From: Basidiobolus meristosporus CBS 931.73
Taxonomy: Eukaryota > Fungi > Basidiobolomycota
Length of the DNA: 64,000 nt
Assembly (NCBI GenBank): GCA_002104905.1
Contig: MCFE01000274.1
Span: 41,866 to 105,865 of the forward strand
Direction: 5' to 3'
The notes below the pieces were generated by a model. It had not been told where the DNA came from and did no database searches. It was given only the letters and a program-made list of their open reading frames with translations. The translations under genes and the position numbers were made by a program. Every line of letters begins with the position of its first letter. The stretch's first letter is position 1. Shown one piece after another: positions 38,901 to 49,988 of this stretch.

Positions 38901-39568
38901 AATTCGTCGTGTCAAAAGAGGCAAACTTCGACGAGCGTTTGCTGGTCCCGGGATTCGAGATATATCTGAAGGATGCTAGATACCACAAGGCGAGCTATGA
39001 TGTGGCATTGTTTGGCATCCTCAGACTCTTTGGGATTCCAACCGAATACGAGGTTATCAGCGGGTTTATGGATAAGTGGGTTATGCTTCTAGGACGTAAG
39101 AAACACAGCGTACGGGAACGGGTTTTGGATTCCTACATGGCGGTGCGCTCCACGTTCGTAAAGCAGTTTGAGGAGGAATTTTACGACAAGACGACCGGGC
39201 TGATCCCCAAGAGCGCCCACGAGGCTATTTACAAAAAAGCGTCCGCATGGTACTACACCACATACCATCCGAACGAAGGGAATCAAAATCCCACCATGCC
39301 TACCTTCTACTCCTTCCCCTGGGTGGTAGACAAATACTTGAACGATATCCTACGAAATCGCCACCGTTTAGCATTGGCTGAAGCTGGAGCGGCGCCTCTT
39401 GCTACCTCGATGCCTCGTCAAGCCGTCGTGGGGACAGACGAGGCGATATTGGGAACCAGTAGGACTGATGAGACAGCTGACGCCGGCAGTAGCTTCCCAC
39501 GGCCCAAAATCTTTGATATCAACGACGAAGACGATGATATGGCCGAGTTTGCCCAGGATTTCCTATGA
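35910..39568 (+). CDS. Cellular RNA-dependent RNA polymerase (RNAi RdRP) with N-terminal RRM-like domain
   Basis: FSDGVGKIS, AFQFRLGGSKG, RNPCFHPGD, CSGGDLDGDFY (catalytic DxDGD at ~38430), AVDFPKTG; one intron ~38453-38506. Confidence 0.95.
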
Positions 39569-41046
39569 GCGCACGGCAAACAACGCATCTCGGTAGAACA
39601 TGATTTAGCAGCAAGGATAAATTGGGAGATATGGTAATATCGCACGCTCAATTCACCTGGAAAAGAAAGCCTATAATAGGAAACACCAAGCTCGAAGTTA
39701 AAGTCGACATGAAGCCACTCAACAAAAGCTCAGATAAGCCAGGTCGCTAAACATTAGTAATTCCGCGCGGAAAGCCAATCATATCGCACCACCCAACTCA
39801 TTCCTCTCAAAAGGAGAGTCGATAAGCCAATTCCATGCTAGTGACACACCAAAACGGATATAAATAATGTTGAGTAGCCATAAATAACTGGACGACACGA
39901 TGCACCAATAGATCTGCCATTCAGATAAAGTTGTGGCTATGTTTCAATTGAGCCAAGTTAAAGTTTGCGACCATTCTGGTACCCAGAAAAGCCCAGTCCA
40001 TAACAAGCCAGTCTTATTTGGAAACAATGTGTTAAACATATCATCCTCCTGCAAAACTTAAACTAGGTTAGTCTTTGCAATGGTTGAGTGCCCGGGAAAA
40101 ATTACCCCCGAGATTCCATATAGTGGGTTTGGGCTTTCTGGATGATTCCATGATTATTCATATAGCTGTGCTACCTTAATCTCGAAATCTCCCATTCATC
40201 AAACTGTGTTACGTCAATCGTCCAATCGATATGGCACCAGCGAACATCAATCATAGGTATGTCTTGCCTTTTTTGGGCTCAAAGCCTAGCTGGCTTGCGG
40301 TGAGGGGAAGGGAAGAGGGGAGCAAGGAGGTGGAAGAGTATATCCCAAGAGAGACCACGTAGACCGCCCAAGGTGGTCGCGAACCAAAATTCCTGATCAC
40401 CAATTCCCATTCCCGCTCCCGTCCCCGTTCCCATTGCCTTTCCAATCCCCATCCCCAAACGGTGCGTTTCTCGGCAATAATGCTCCCCGTTCCGTCGAAT
40501 TCACCGAGAATGCAGAAATCGGCAAAAGATTTCGGTGCCTTGTATATATTTATATACTAGCCTACCAATCCTTGCGGGAGCTAATCACCGCATCTTCAGA
40601 GGCTTCGCCAAGATGTCCCAAATTGGGGGCTTTCATTGGATAAGGTTGGTGATTGTGTCATTTCCAATGTAAATTGAATTCCATACTGAGCCAGTCAATT
40701 ATATCGATGTTATCCGTAGCATTCCGCACTACAAATCACGCATGAAAGGGATTCACGGTTTTTCCGGCAATAAGCTGCATCCAGGATGGGTTGCTTTAGG
40801 AAAAATCCACCTGATAAAATTATTACCGGATTTATTTGAGTTTCTGAGCGTTAAACTTGAATTTGTAATACATATCATCTTTGGCTCTCGTCCAATGGAT
40901 GCCACCAGCCTAAATTTACTCCCCTATAAATACCTTGGCCGACTCCACCCTGAAGTTAAACCCTCTGACGTTCCAAGCTTCTTGTGGTCGACTTTCTTGT
41001 CGTATCCTGTATATTCTTCATCCTGACATTTTAATCCTACCTGACT

Positions 41047-41919
41047 ATGGAAACGTACTACGGCTACATCGAATCAGTCCACGACGCCTTGCTCATTTTC
41101 GAGGCATGTCGTTTGGGCTACCTGCACCGAGTCCAGCGTCGTCTCAGTGAGAAGGAAAGACAACGCATTCGCTCGGGTTCGGTCTTCGTGTGGGAGGAGG
41201 AGGAGTCCGGCATGCGTCGCTGGACTGACGGTCGTACCTGGTCCCCATCCCGGGTCCATGGCAGCTTCCTTACCTATCGCGAGCTAGACAACAAGAGAAA
41301 GCCTGTCAAGGCCAACGACACTCCCTCGCCAACCTTGTCGTGCAACGATCCAGATTTCGATAGTCGCTCACACAACTCGCACCATTCCGACGATTTCCAA
41401 TACAAGGACAACGGAATGATCAAGCAATCTTTATCGGTCACCACCGCCAACAATCGCAAGCTCCATTTAATATGCTATTTCAACAAGGAACATGTCTTCA
41501 CTGGCAACCTGAAGCTCCCCTCCCAAGACAACTCTTTGAGCCAAATCGTCATCCCTAAGGGGGTCTATCCTGATATGTCCAATGAGCTCTACTCCGGTCA
41601 CATGGATGCCCGTGTTAGTAAGCCACGTGAAGAGCACGTCAAAGCCGAGCGCTTCTCCCCATACGGCCGCGCACAAAGAGGATTCCCCGCTGCTGCCAAC
41701 ACTGCCGCTTATGACCATTGCCGGCTACCAAGCCCCGCCAACTCGGAACAATCCCACCGCGGGTTCGAGTTGGCCCCACTGGGAATTTCCAATCAGTGTG
41801 CACCCTCTTACAACCTCCCACCACCTTCCATGCCTTTCCAAGACATTAGCCTGGACCGTATACCGTTCAACGAGGATCGCCGTCAACTAGCCGTTCTCAC
41901 CACGGTCCTCTCCTTGTAA
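41047..41919 (+). CDS. Gti1/Pac2 (WOPR, Wor1/Ryp1-family) transcription factor
   Basis: TYYGYIESVHDALLIFEAC...IRSGSVFVW...RWTDGRTWSPSR; second WOPR box KQSLSV...LHLICYF. Confidence 0.93.
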   Translation: METYYGYIESVHDALLIFEACRLGYLHRVQRRLSEKERQRIRSGSVFVWEEEESGMRRWTDGRTWSPSRVHGSFLTYRELDNKRKPVKANDTPSPTLSCNDPDFDSRSHNSHHSDDFQYKDNGMIKQSLSVTTANNRKLHLICYFNKEHVFTGNLKLPSQDNSLSQIVIPKGVYPDMSNELYSGHMDARVSKPREEHVKAERFSPYGRAQRGFPAAANTAAYDHCRLPSPANSEQSHRGFELAPLGISNQCAPSYNLPPPSMPFQDISLDRIPFNEDRRQLAVLTTVLSL

Positions 41920-42063
41920 CAACGGGTGTGGAGCCGAACCAATTATAGATAAGGGTCGGGAGAGCATGTTTGAAACGAAGAATCTCCACCTGGGCTTTTA
42001 CAAGCCTCTCGTTAATATTTACTTTATTGTAATTCATATTAGAAAGCACTTGAATATATGTCT

Positions 42064-42249
42064 GGAGCGTGCAGTGTACTTTTTGTAAATAAAATAGCTG
42101 ACCATTCTCAAAAGAATCTCGGGGTTGATTGCACAAAAGAAGCACAGGGTTGGTTGTTCAAAAGAAGCTCGGGGCTGATTGGAGCGTGCAGTGTACTCTT
42201 TGTCAATAACATGGCTGACCATTCTCAAAAGAAGCTCGGGTTGATTGCA
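42064..42249. repeat. Imperfect direct repeat, ~69-bp units with a 117-bp period
   Basis: ggagcgtgcagtgtact...gctgaccattctcaaaagaa.ctcggg.ttgattgca at 42064 and 42181. Confidence 0.8.
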
Positions 42250-42764
42250 AGGCCTCGACCACAGCTGCTCGAGTCTAATGCTAAATAAGGTTAACGAAGA
42301 AAAACCGTCTTTCCCATCCCACCCAATTCGTCGAATCTTATTTGAGAAAGGGAGATTCTTCTCAAACAACTCTATGCTCTTTTGGTCGAAGAAATCACCC
42401 ATTTGGTGGTCCATTTGAAACCATAACCTTGTCGAAAGGGAACTAATGCGGTGGCTAACGATCAACACCCCCATGGGGGTTATCTGATTCTTTGCTCTCC
42501 CCCTAGTCCACGTTGTTTCTTATGTGATGAACATTTCTCCTTTATTCCCGAAAAATTGGATTCTAATCGAATGCTCAAATTCCCATTCTGGTCATTTTTT
42601 GGTAAAATAGCCTCGGTCGGAGTAATAGCGGACTGGTGGCGGATCAATTGCCGGTCAGCTACACTCTGAAGCTCATCCGATTGGGCCGGTCGTCAGCCAA
42701 TAAATCGAAATATAATAATAGCAAGGTTTAGTGGATGTGGTTTCGTTTGGAACAGACTACGCTG

Positions 42765-43802
42765 TCAGTTTCCTACGCTATTCGCATCCTTACTCTCTGC
42801 TAATAGGTCTATCGTCTTGGACGAGCGCCCGTTGGCGATGTACTGGGCCTTTTGCAAGTGAATCAAGGACATGTCGTGGACTGGGATTTTGGCTGTGAAG
42901 TATATGGTCCCGGAGTCTTTCAGATACACTGGTGATTAGTCGGCATCCCCAAGATTTTCGTCAAGACCACTATACCTGGCGTGGTGGCGGTCGTGCTCTG
43001 CTCATTGCTAGATATGGTCAATTCTCCTTGGAAACTGTACGAAAACTCCTCTTCCCAAGACGTTTCTCCATCGCCGTGCAAGTGGATTTCTCTAGACTCT
43101 TTCTCGATCCGGTTGCGGCTAGACGCCAATTCGGTTTTTACTTGTTCATTAGAGTCAGTTCACGTTAAGGCTTACCTGATCGTGAAACCAGTTACGATAC
43201 GCTTAGGCGGCGGGCTGTGTTATCATCTTGATTAATATTGTAAATTCTCTAACATTTACGTTTAGAGAATTCATAATCACCCGGAGATCTGGTTTACTTT
43301 ATACTTCACGATGTTCAGTGGTAGCCCGTAAGTGGATTTGACCGTGGGGGTCGCTACAAAAAGCACTTCTTCTAGGATCTTGTCTTTGTAACCCGGTGGT
43401 TAGTCCAAGACGCCTGGTCAAACGTAGTCGACAAGAGTTCTTACCTTCGAGCGCAGTCTGATCCTGCTCGATATTTGGCCCAAACTTGATGGTCTGGTAG
43501 CGGTACGGGAGGAACCAGGACTGATTACGCCCGTATATCTGGTATGCTGTATGGCCGGTATAGGCGATTGCAGAGACACCAATCACCAGACCCAAGATGC
43601 TGAAGGTGTTGGATACGTTGGCGGAGGGGCCTGTAGCGCTGAGAAAGGTCTTAATGGCAAGATCAATTGGTGTACTGAAGAGAAATGGCTCTTACAACGC
43701 TCGTTGTTGAGATGGTCTGGTAAATGATCTGATGAGACTGGGTCGTTGTGTGGCCAAGGAGACTCCACCACGGCTTCGGACAAGACTAAAAATGCCGCGC
43801 AT
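42765..43802 (-). CDS. Putative mitochondrial single-pass membrane protein, Coa1/Tim21-like (6 exons; fragmented in the ORF track)
   Basis: Hand-spliced model: Arg-rich, acid-free presequence MRGIFSLVRSRGG...QQRAFAT, one TM (ILGLVIGVSAIAY), V..TYGLPL, SGTIYFTAK, C-terminal KTIDLL; introns GT-AG; one donor choice ambiguous. Confidence 0.6.
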
Positions 43803-44335
43803 GTTCAGCAAAATAAATCAACACTTTCTTTCTCCGTAGCTTCGACCTGTCTTGTGGTTTGTCGAAGACGAGGTTGGGTGTAGAGCTTTGTGGCTGGGGT
43901 AAGGTTCTAGTGATAGATCGATCCAAGTCATACAATACGTACAAAATCCCATTGACGTAACCAAAGCACGGATTCATGGATTTACTCAGCATTCTGACAA
44001 ATTACTGCCAAGAGGATCTGAATGTGGGTAATGGCCGAAAATATCGGACTCTCGAAAAACATCGAGGTGAACGATGGTTCGCGAGGGATTTCGCTTATCT
44101 TGAAAAATCTACACCCTTCAATTACACCAAATGTCAATAAAACCTACCATCTTATCACCTTGTCTATTTCCTAGTATAACGTGCGTCCAAATAACATTTG
44201 GGCTATTTCTGACGTACCAAGAAACATTTGCGCGTTGCACCTCATTCAACTTTGTTCCAAGGAACCGATCCCCATATTTTGCCCTTCAGAGTCAATTCAT
44301 TTAGCCACCTAGGACAGTGAATACACCCACGCAGA

Positions 44336-45465
44336 ATGACCTCAAACGGTGGTTTACAACGTCGTCGTGTCGGTGGAAGTGCCCAGAAAATGGAGGACCA
44401 TCTTCCAGAGGAGTCGAACTCCCAATTTTCGAGTAGGTCACAGCAAGACAGCCCCAATAATTCCCCCAAAAGCGCAAAGGAGTTCGACAGACTCTCCCCG
44501 ACACTCACGCTTATGGAAGAGGTGCTGTTGCTTGGCCTGAAAGATAAGCAGGTAGATGAGTATTTTCACCCTAGAAACATGTCGAGTGCGAAGGCATCTC
44601 GCCTCTCAGATCTTTAATCGTCCTTTTTTAAGGGGTATCTGTCTTTCTGGAATGACAATATAAGCTACGCCTTGCGTGGCTGCATCATGTTGGAATTGGC
44701 GCTGAGAAACCGAATCGCGGTGGTCAAGGATGCCACTTATAGTTACACCCGGCTGAGTGATAGATGCGTGGAGCTGATAGATTCCAGCCTGACCGGAGAG
44801 GTTCTGCTGGACGAAGCCATCAAGCTTATGAAAGCTACACAGGAGCGGTTGAGTGTGAGCAACTGGATCGACTATATGAGCGGTGAGTTCAACTTCCTTT
44901 ATTTCCTACCAAGTTCGCATCACTTATACGTGTCGGCTCAGGCGAGACTTGGAACTTGACCAAAGTGGGATACCAGCTGAAGCAAGTCCGTGAGAGGCTC
45001 GCCAAGGGTTTGGTAGATAAGGGGGTTTTGCGTACCGAAAAGCGAAGCTTCCTAATCTTTGACATGGCCACTCACCCGGTAAGTGACGCAGCTACCAAGA
45101 ACGAGATTTTGAAAAGAGTCACCTCCACACTACTGTTGACCTCCGACAATGCCTTGACTACCACTCTCTTGGAGAACCCGGATGAGAGCTTCAAGCCTGT
45201 TCTACAGCTACGCACCATTTTACTCATATGCAGTGCTTATGCTGCCAACGTATTGGAAAATGCGCTGTGGAACATGGACCTCGAGGAAAGAGAGAAGTGC
45301 TTTGATAAAGTGGAAGGGTTCTATAGAATGTTTGGGGTGTGGCCGGTCGTCGCCAGTGCCAAGGGCTATCTGGATAATTGTGAGAGAGCCGGCTCTTCCA
45401 AGGGTTCGCTTGAAGTAATTGCCGCTGTGTTGGATGTGATGAGTAGAATGGATAGCTTGCTGTGA
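44336..45465 (+). CDS. VPS74: Vps74/GOLPH3 (GPP34) Golgi PI4P effector
   Basis: [16 protein letters not shown]|[18 protein letters not shown]; [27 protein letters not shown]; two introns. Confidence 0.95.
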
Positions 45466-45482
45466 TCAGAAGCAAACAGTCA

Positions 45483-45560
45483 GCTCCTCTCTCGCCCCCT
45501 CCTCCTCCCCTCCCCCTCCTCCTCCCCCTCCCCCTCCCCTCACTTCCTCGCTCTCTCCTT
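45483..45560. repeat. Low-complexity polypyrimidine (C/T) tract
   Basis: Runs of CCCCT/CCT just downstream of the VPS74 stop. Confidence 0.85.
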
Positions 45561-45876
45561 TCGAATCCATGTTTTCCTAGCATACAGCTTTGTATTTGAG
45601 AAGTTTTCCATTTATTTAATATCTACCAGGCTTGTAGTAGTGCAGAGCAGATTCGTGGTTCAATTTAGACTTGTTCGTTAGTTTTGAATCATGTTTGGTA
45701 AACACTCGATACTTTGGCTTGTTCAGCATGTATGTGCGAAAGAATAAAACGTGTTAATATTTATTCGCGCTTGCAGGGCCTAGTGAATGTATCCATATAA
45801 TTCCCACTGGCGCCCTCTTTCTCTCAACGAGTACCTTGTATGGGATTGTTTATTTGTATACAGTGAGTGAGGCAAG

Positions 45877-46002
45877 TTACTCGAGTTTCTTGGCTTTGGT
45901 CTCCTTGGAATTCACAGAAATCAAGTGATAGACGATGATGAACGCCAACAGGGTTACGCCGAGCCCGTTAACAATGTAGGTGAGAGTTACGTCGGAAAGC
46001 AT
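45877..46002 (-). CDS. OST4: Oligosaccharyltransferase subunit 4 microprotein (41 aa), with a 5'-UTR intron at 46023-46080
   Basis: MLSDVTLTYIVNGLGVTLLAFIIVYHLISVNSKETKAKKLE matches the OST4 pattern M(I/L)(S/T)D..L....N.LG......V.YH; upstream GTATGT...CTCCTAG intron. Confidence 0.88.
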   Translation of the reverse strand: MLSDVTLTYIVNGLGVTLLAFIIVYHLISVNSKETKAKKLE

Positions 46003-46495
46003 GTTTGTTATGGCCAGAGAATCTAGGAGATTACGGTTGGGTTAAATAGTACATTGAACTCTACTCGAGAGCATACATACTTGTCGCTTGCTATGTTTCG
46101 TCGATATGGGCAGTGTAAGCGAGATGAAGTAGGAAACTCTGTTCAACCTGACACTAGTGGTAAGCCTCTACTGGAACAATGCATCCACGACGTGCCTTTT
46201 GATTGAATATTATTCGTATCAAAGGCTGTCTGGTTTTGGGCGAATCAGATCAGGCTATTGGTTTTTCGGTCAGCAACCTCATCGATGCATGCTCACAAAA
46301 GAATTCACACGAAGAGTTCAAAAAAACAACCGGAGTTGGATTAACCATGATGATTAGCTATCATCGCAAATGGAGTAATTATTGATTTTTGATTGGAGTA
46401 TGTACGTATCGGGAGAAATGGTGGTGTGGTGAAAATCAATGCATCAAGTCGAGTGAGTATAAATTACATGTAATGGTTGTCAAAAGAAGGGGATA

Positions 46496-48481
46496 TTAGG
46501 ACGCGCTTTCTCGGGTTTGTATGCGGTTCTGGTGGCGGCTGGCGAGCCTCTGCGCTTCGTTCGTTAATTTCGTCAGCTTGTACGGAATCTGTGAATAGTG
46601 GCTTCTCATTTCCTCGTGGAGTTCTACCACCTGGACGAAGTTTCTTGTCTGAAAGCATTTCTCCATTAGCATACGATATGTATCTAGCTTGGGAGCTAGG
46701 CCCTCCTTCCGCATCTCCTGGTAGGTGGCCAACGAGGCCTCTAAATGGTCACTGGTTACTAAAGCGCGGATAAGCCCATGGTAAGTAATCGCGTCTGGTG
46801 CGGTCTCTGAAGATTTCATTTGGCCGTAGAGCTCCATAACTGCATCGACGTCAGAGTTCCACGAATAGGCGTTGATGAGGGTGTTGTAGGTGATGACGTT
46901 GGGTGCGATGTTTCGCGCTAGCATCTGTTGGAAAATGTCTGAAGCCTGCTTCAGATCGGCGTTCTTAACATGGGCATGGATCAATGAGGAGTAGGTGACC
47001 ACAGTGGGGGTGAGTCCGTTATCCAGCATTTGTTGGTAGAGTCTCATGACTTCCGAGGTGTTTGAGTGTTTGGCATATGCGTTGATTAGGCTGTTATAGG
47101 TCACCACGGTGGGTCGGACCTTGGTGATTGACATGTCTTCAAAGATCTGGAGCGCCTGGGCAGTGTCCAGATTCTTTACGCATCCATTGATGAGGCTGTT
47201 GTACGTGGAGGCAGATGGGACCTGCCTCTGTGATTTCATCGTGTTGTACATCTCCAGGGCTTTGTCCAGATAGGAGCTTTTGAGAAAACCATGAATAAGA
47301 TTGCAATATGTGGACGAGTCTGGCTCTATCTTGCGGATGAGCATGTGCTCATAGATGGTCAAGGCAGTCTCCATGTCGCGACGCTTCACGTGTGCATCGA
47401 TCAAGGTATTGTAGGTGATGACATTTGGCTTCACTTCAGATTCGCACATCTTTCGGTAAATCTCCATTGCTTTCTCCAATTTGTTCTGCCTGAGGTACAT
47501 GTTGATCAGGTTGGTGGCACTTATAACGTCCAACAGTATGTCCCGATTGGCCATCTCTTTCCGTAGCTCGGCTGCTCTTTCCATGTCAGAGGCCTTCACA
47601 AAGCCATCGATCAGCATGGTGTAAATCACCTCGTTGGCTGGAATCCCTTTTGCTTCCATGTCTTGGAAAATTCGCATAGCGCACTCCATACTTGAGTGTT
47701 TGATGTGCCCTTCGATCAGGATGCCAAAGGTAAACTTGTCAGGGCTTATCTGAGCCTTGACCATGTCTTCGTATATCTGGTTCATGAGGGCGAAATCACC
47801 GTGTTTGGCGCATATCTTCAGCAGCGAGTTGTATGTTATAAGGTTTGGTCGAATATTGTGACTCAGCATTTCCTTGAAGATTCGAAGAGCCTCGGCCGAG
47901 GAGACATTCCCGTATACACCCATGAGTTCACTGTACGCAACCGTATCGGGTTGGATGTTTCTGTCTTTCATTTGTTGGAAAACAGCCGCGGCCTGTTTGA
48001 CCAGGCCTATCTTTCCATAGTAAGAGAGTAGGGCACCGTATTCCCTGGAGGTTTTGAACACTGTATCCATCTGGAGCATGCAGTCGATGATTCTATCGCA
48101 CCTTTGACGGGTCTTCTCCTTCAGATCTCTGAAGCCGCTTGTTAGGCGCAAAAGCTTGGCAAACTGTTCTGACGATATCGTGACGCCCTGTTGATTTTTG
48201 ATGAGCGCCTCGAAGGTCTTCCAAGCCAATTCCTTGTCTCTGGCCTGAAGAGCAGCGTCTAGAGTACTCAATAGATCTCCCTCCTGACACTGGATACTGA
48301 ACGCTTCATTTTCTTGTAAAGCATATGACGGCGAATGCAGCTGGTATGTGCGAGTAAGTAACGGTCGATATGGGGATAGACTTCTGAAGCCGGAGAGGCG
48401 CACAGCGGTAACCCGGCTATGGAGATTACCGGTGGGCGACAGACGGATGGAAGTAACCAGGAATTTCCCAAGCTTCAGCAT
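46496..48481 (-). CDS. Pentatricopeptide-repeat protein, probably mitochondrial (~14 P-type repeats)
   Basis: Tandem 35-aa repeats (e.g. VITYNTLIDAHVKRRDMETALTIYEHMLIRKIEPD); Arg/Ser-rich N-terminus; intronless. Confidence 0.95.
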   Translation of the reverse strand: MLKLGKFLVTSIRLSPTGNLHSRVTAVRLSGFRSLSPYRPLLTRTYQLHSPSYALQENEAFSIQCQEGDLLSTLDAALQARDKELAWKTFEALIKNQQGVTISSEQFAKLLRLTSGFRDLKEKTRQRCDRIIDCMLQMDTVFKTSREYGALLSYYGKIGLVKQAAAVFQQMKDRNIQPDTVAYSELMGVYGNVSSAEALRIFKEMLSHNIRPNLITYNSLLKICAKHGDFALMNQIYEDMVKAQISPDKFTFGILIEGHIKHSSMECAMRIFQDMEAKGIPANEVIYTMLIDGFVKASDMERAAELRKEMANRDILLDVISATNLINMYLRQNKLEKAMEIYRKMCESEVKPNVITYNTLIDAHVKRRDMETALTIYEHMLIRKIEPDSSTYCNLIHGFLKSSYLDKALEMYNTMKSQRQVPSASTYNSLINGCVKNLDTAQALQIFEDMSITKVRPTVVTYNSLINAYAKHSNTSEVMRLYQQMLDNGLTPTVVTYSSLIHAHVKNADLKQASDIFQQMLARNIAPNVITYNTLINAYSWNSDVDAVMELYGQMKSSETAPDAITYHGLIRALVTSDHLEASLATYQEMRKEGLAPKLDTYRMLMEKCFQTRNFVQVVELHEEMRSHYSQIPYKLTKLTNEAQRLASRHQNRIQTRESAS

Positions 48482-49587
48482 ATTGGCGAAAGGAAAGTAA
48501 AACGCTTTTCAAATTATATGCAAATCAATTGGTATTAATACATCACCATTCATTAGCCTATGAAATAAAGAAATAATTTCACGAAGATGAAAGTAAAATT
48601 TTAACTTTCCCCATTTGCAGTGTGGCCCCGCACATCACTTTCCCCAGCTATTTATCGAACAAATATTCGCAGCGGACTGCCAACCGTTCAGCAATATTAT
48701 CCTTATTTGTTGGAATACAAGTCCTTGTTTAACTTTAACCAAATAAGTTGTGGTTTTGTTGGTAGAGAAGAATGATCTGTACGCAGCCTTACTGTTGGAA
48801 ACATTTACTTAAAGTTTGCAGTTAGCTGGTTGTTAGAATTCACTCTCAACAGCAACAACCTTGTAAAATTCACCCACTCTGCAAATAACCAGTCTAACGC
48901 CTAATTGTTATCATTGATATGCGTTCCGCATTTATTTACTTAGAATCAATCCTTTCGTATACATAGATAACAAATGTTCTGCAATCTTTCTGACTCCCTT
49001 GGTGGATCCCACAACTTGTACACTACCTCCTGAGTCCATTCGCATCACACTCTTTGCAGCTCATCTACGTAATTTACACCAAACTGTAAATTATACAGTA
49101 GACTTGTTCCATTGTGCCATTGATCATAGTGCCAGATAGCGCTCCATATTTTGCTATTAATTGGGTAAATTAGGGTCATATGCTGGTCAATTTTATTCCC
49201 AATCTGGCACTGCATGGCATGGTCCAGCACTATCCGCCATGCTATAGCACTCTGTGACACTACGATCAACTGGAATGATGACTCATGTCCAGTTTTTATG
49301 GCAAATCTTGTAAATATTCGGTTTACACATAAGCCAAGCCTATACCTTGAGGTCTACTTTGCCTATTACTAGGTTATAAAGCATTTACTTAGGATTTGCT
49401 TTGAAAGATACTGGCTCATTCTTACAGTAAGTGCAGGCCTGGAAGTTATCAATGTTTCAAGTGCATCTATAAGCCCTCAAACTTTGTACACAGCTTTCGG
49501 GTACTTTCTGTAACGCATATATGCCATTAGCTTTACAAAGTTTCCCTAAATGTATAAATACCTTTTTGAGCTCATTCATCATATAAT

Positions 49588-49946
49588 TGTTGAGAATATC
49601 TTGCGATAAGAGTTTTGGAGATATTGGAAGTGATTGGGACAACAAGTAAATTATGTGGTTCTCACTTAATGACTTACTGAATGTAAAGATAGTATTTATA
49701 CTTTTACATGTTCTTGGCTGGACAAACATGTAGAATATGCTTAGGAAGGTTTGAAGAATATGCATGCAAAGTTTGGGGGGTTTTTGGACAACTTATCCAA
49801 ATTTCATGTTTGGGTACCTGATGTTATGGTGAAAATATTCTAAGTAAGTCCTGGCTAAGAGTTTACTCAGAGTTTTCTTGGAGCTGTAGGTAATAATCTA
49901 AATGACTAAGTTGAGTTAATATTTAGGTGTAACTACAAAATATACA
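49588..49946 (-). mobile_element. Copia LTR copy a, with adjacent polypurine tract
   Basis: TGTTG...TACA on the + strand; GGGTGGGAGCAT on the - strand abuts the TGT start; similar to copies b-e. Confidence 0.7.
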
Positions 49947-49988
49947 ATGCTCCCACCCATATAAACACTCATGTTAATTAGCCCTAAT

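Noticed and set aside
9400-48500. Many antisense or overlapping ORFs in the track (e.g. 37020-37829, 32470-33168, 20556-21056, 45224-45583)
   Set aside because: They are shadows of GC-rich coding strands or low-complexity DNA, with no recognisable motifs.
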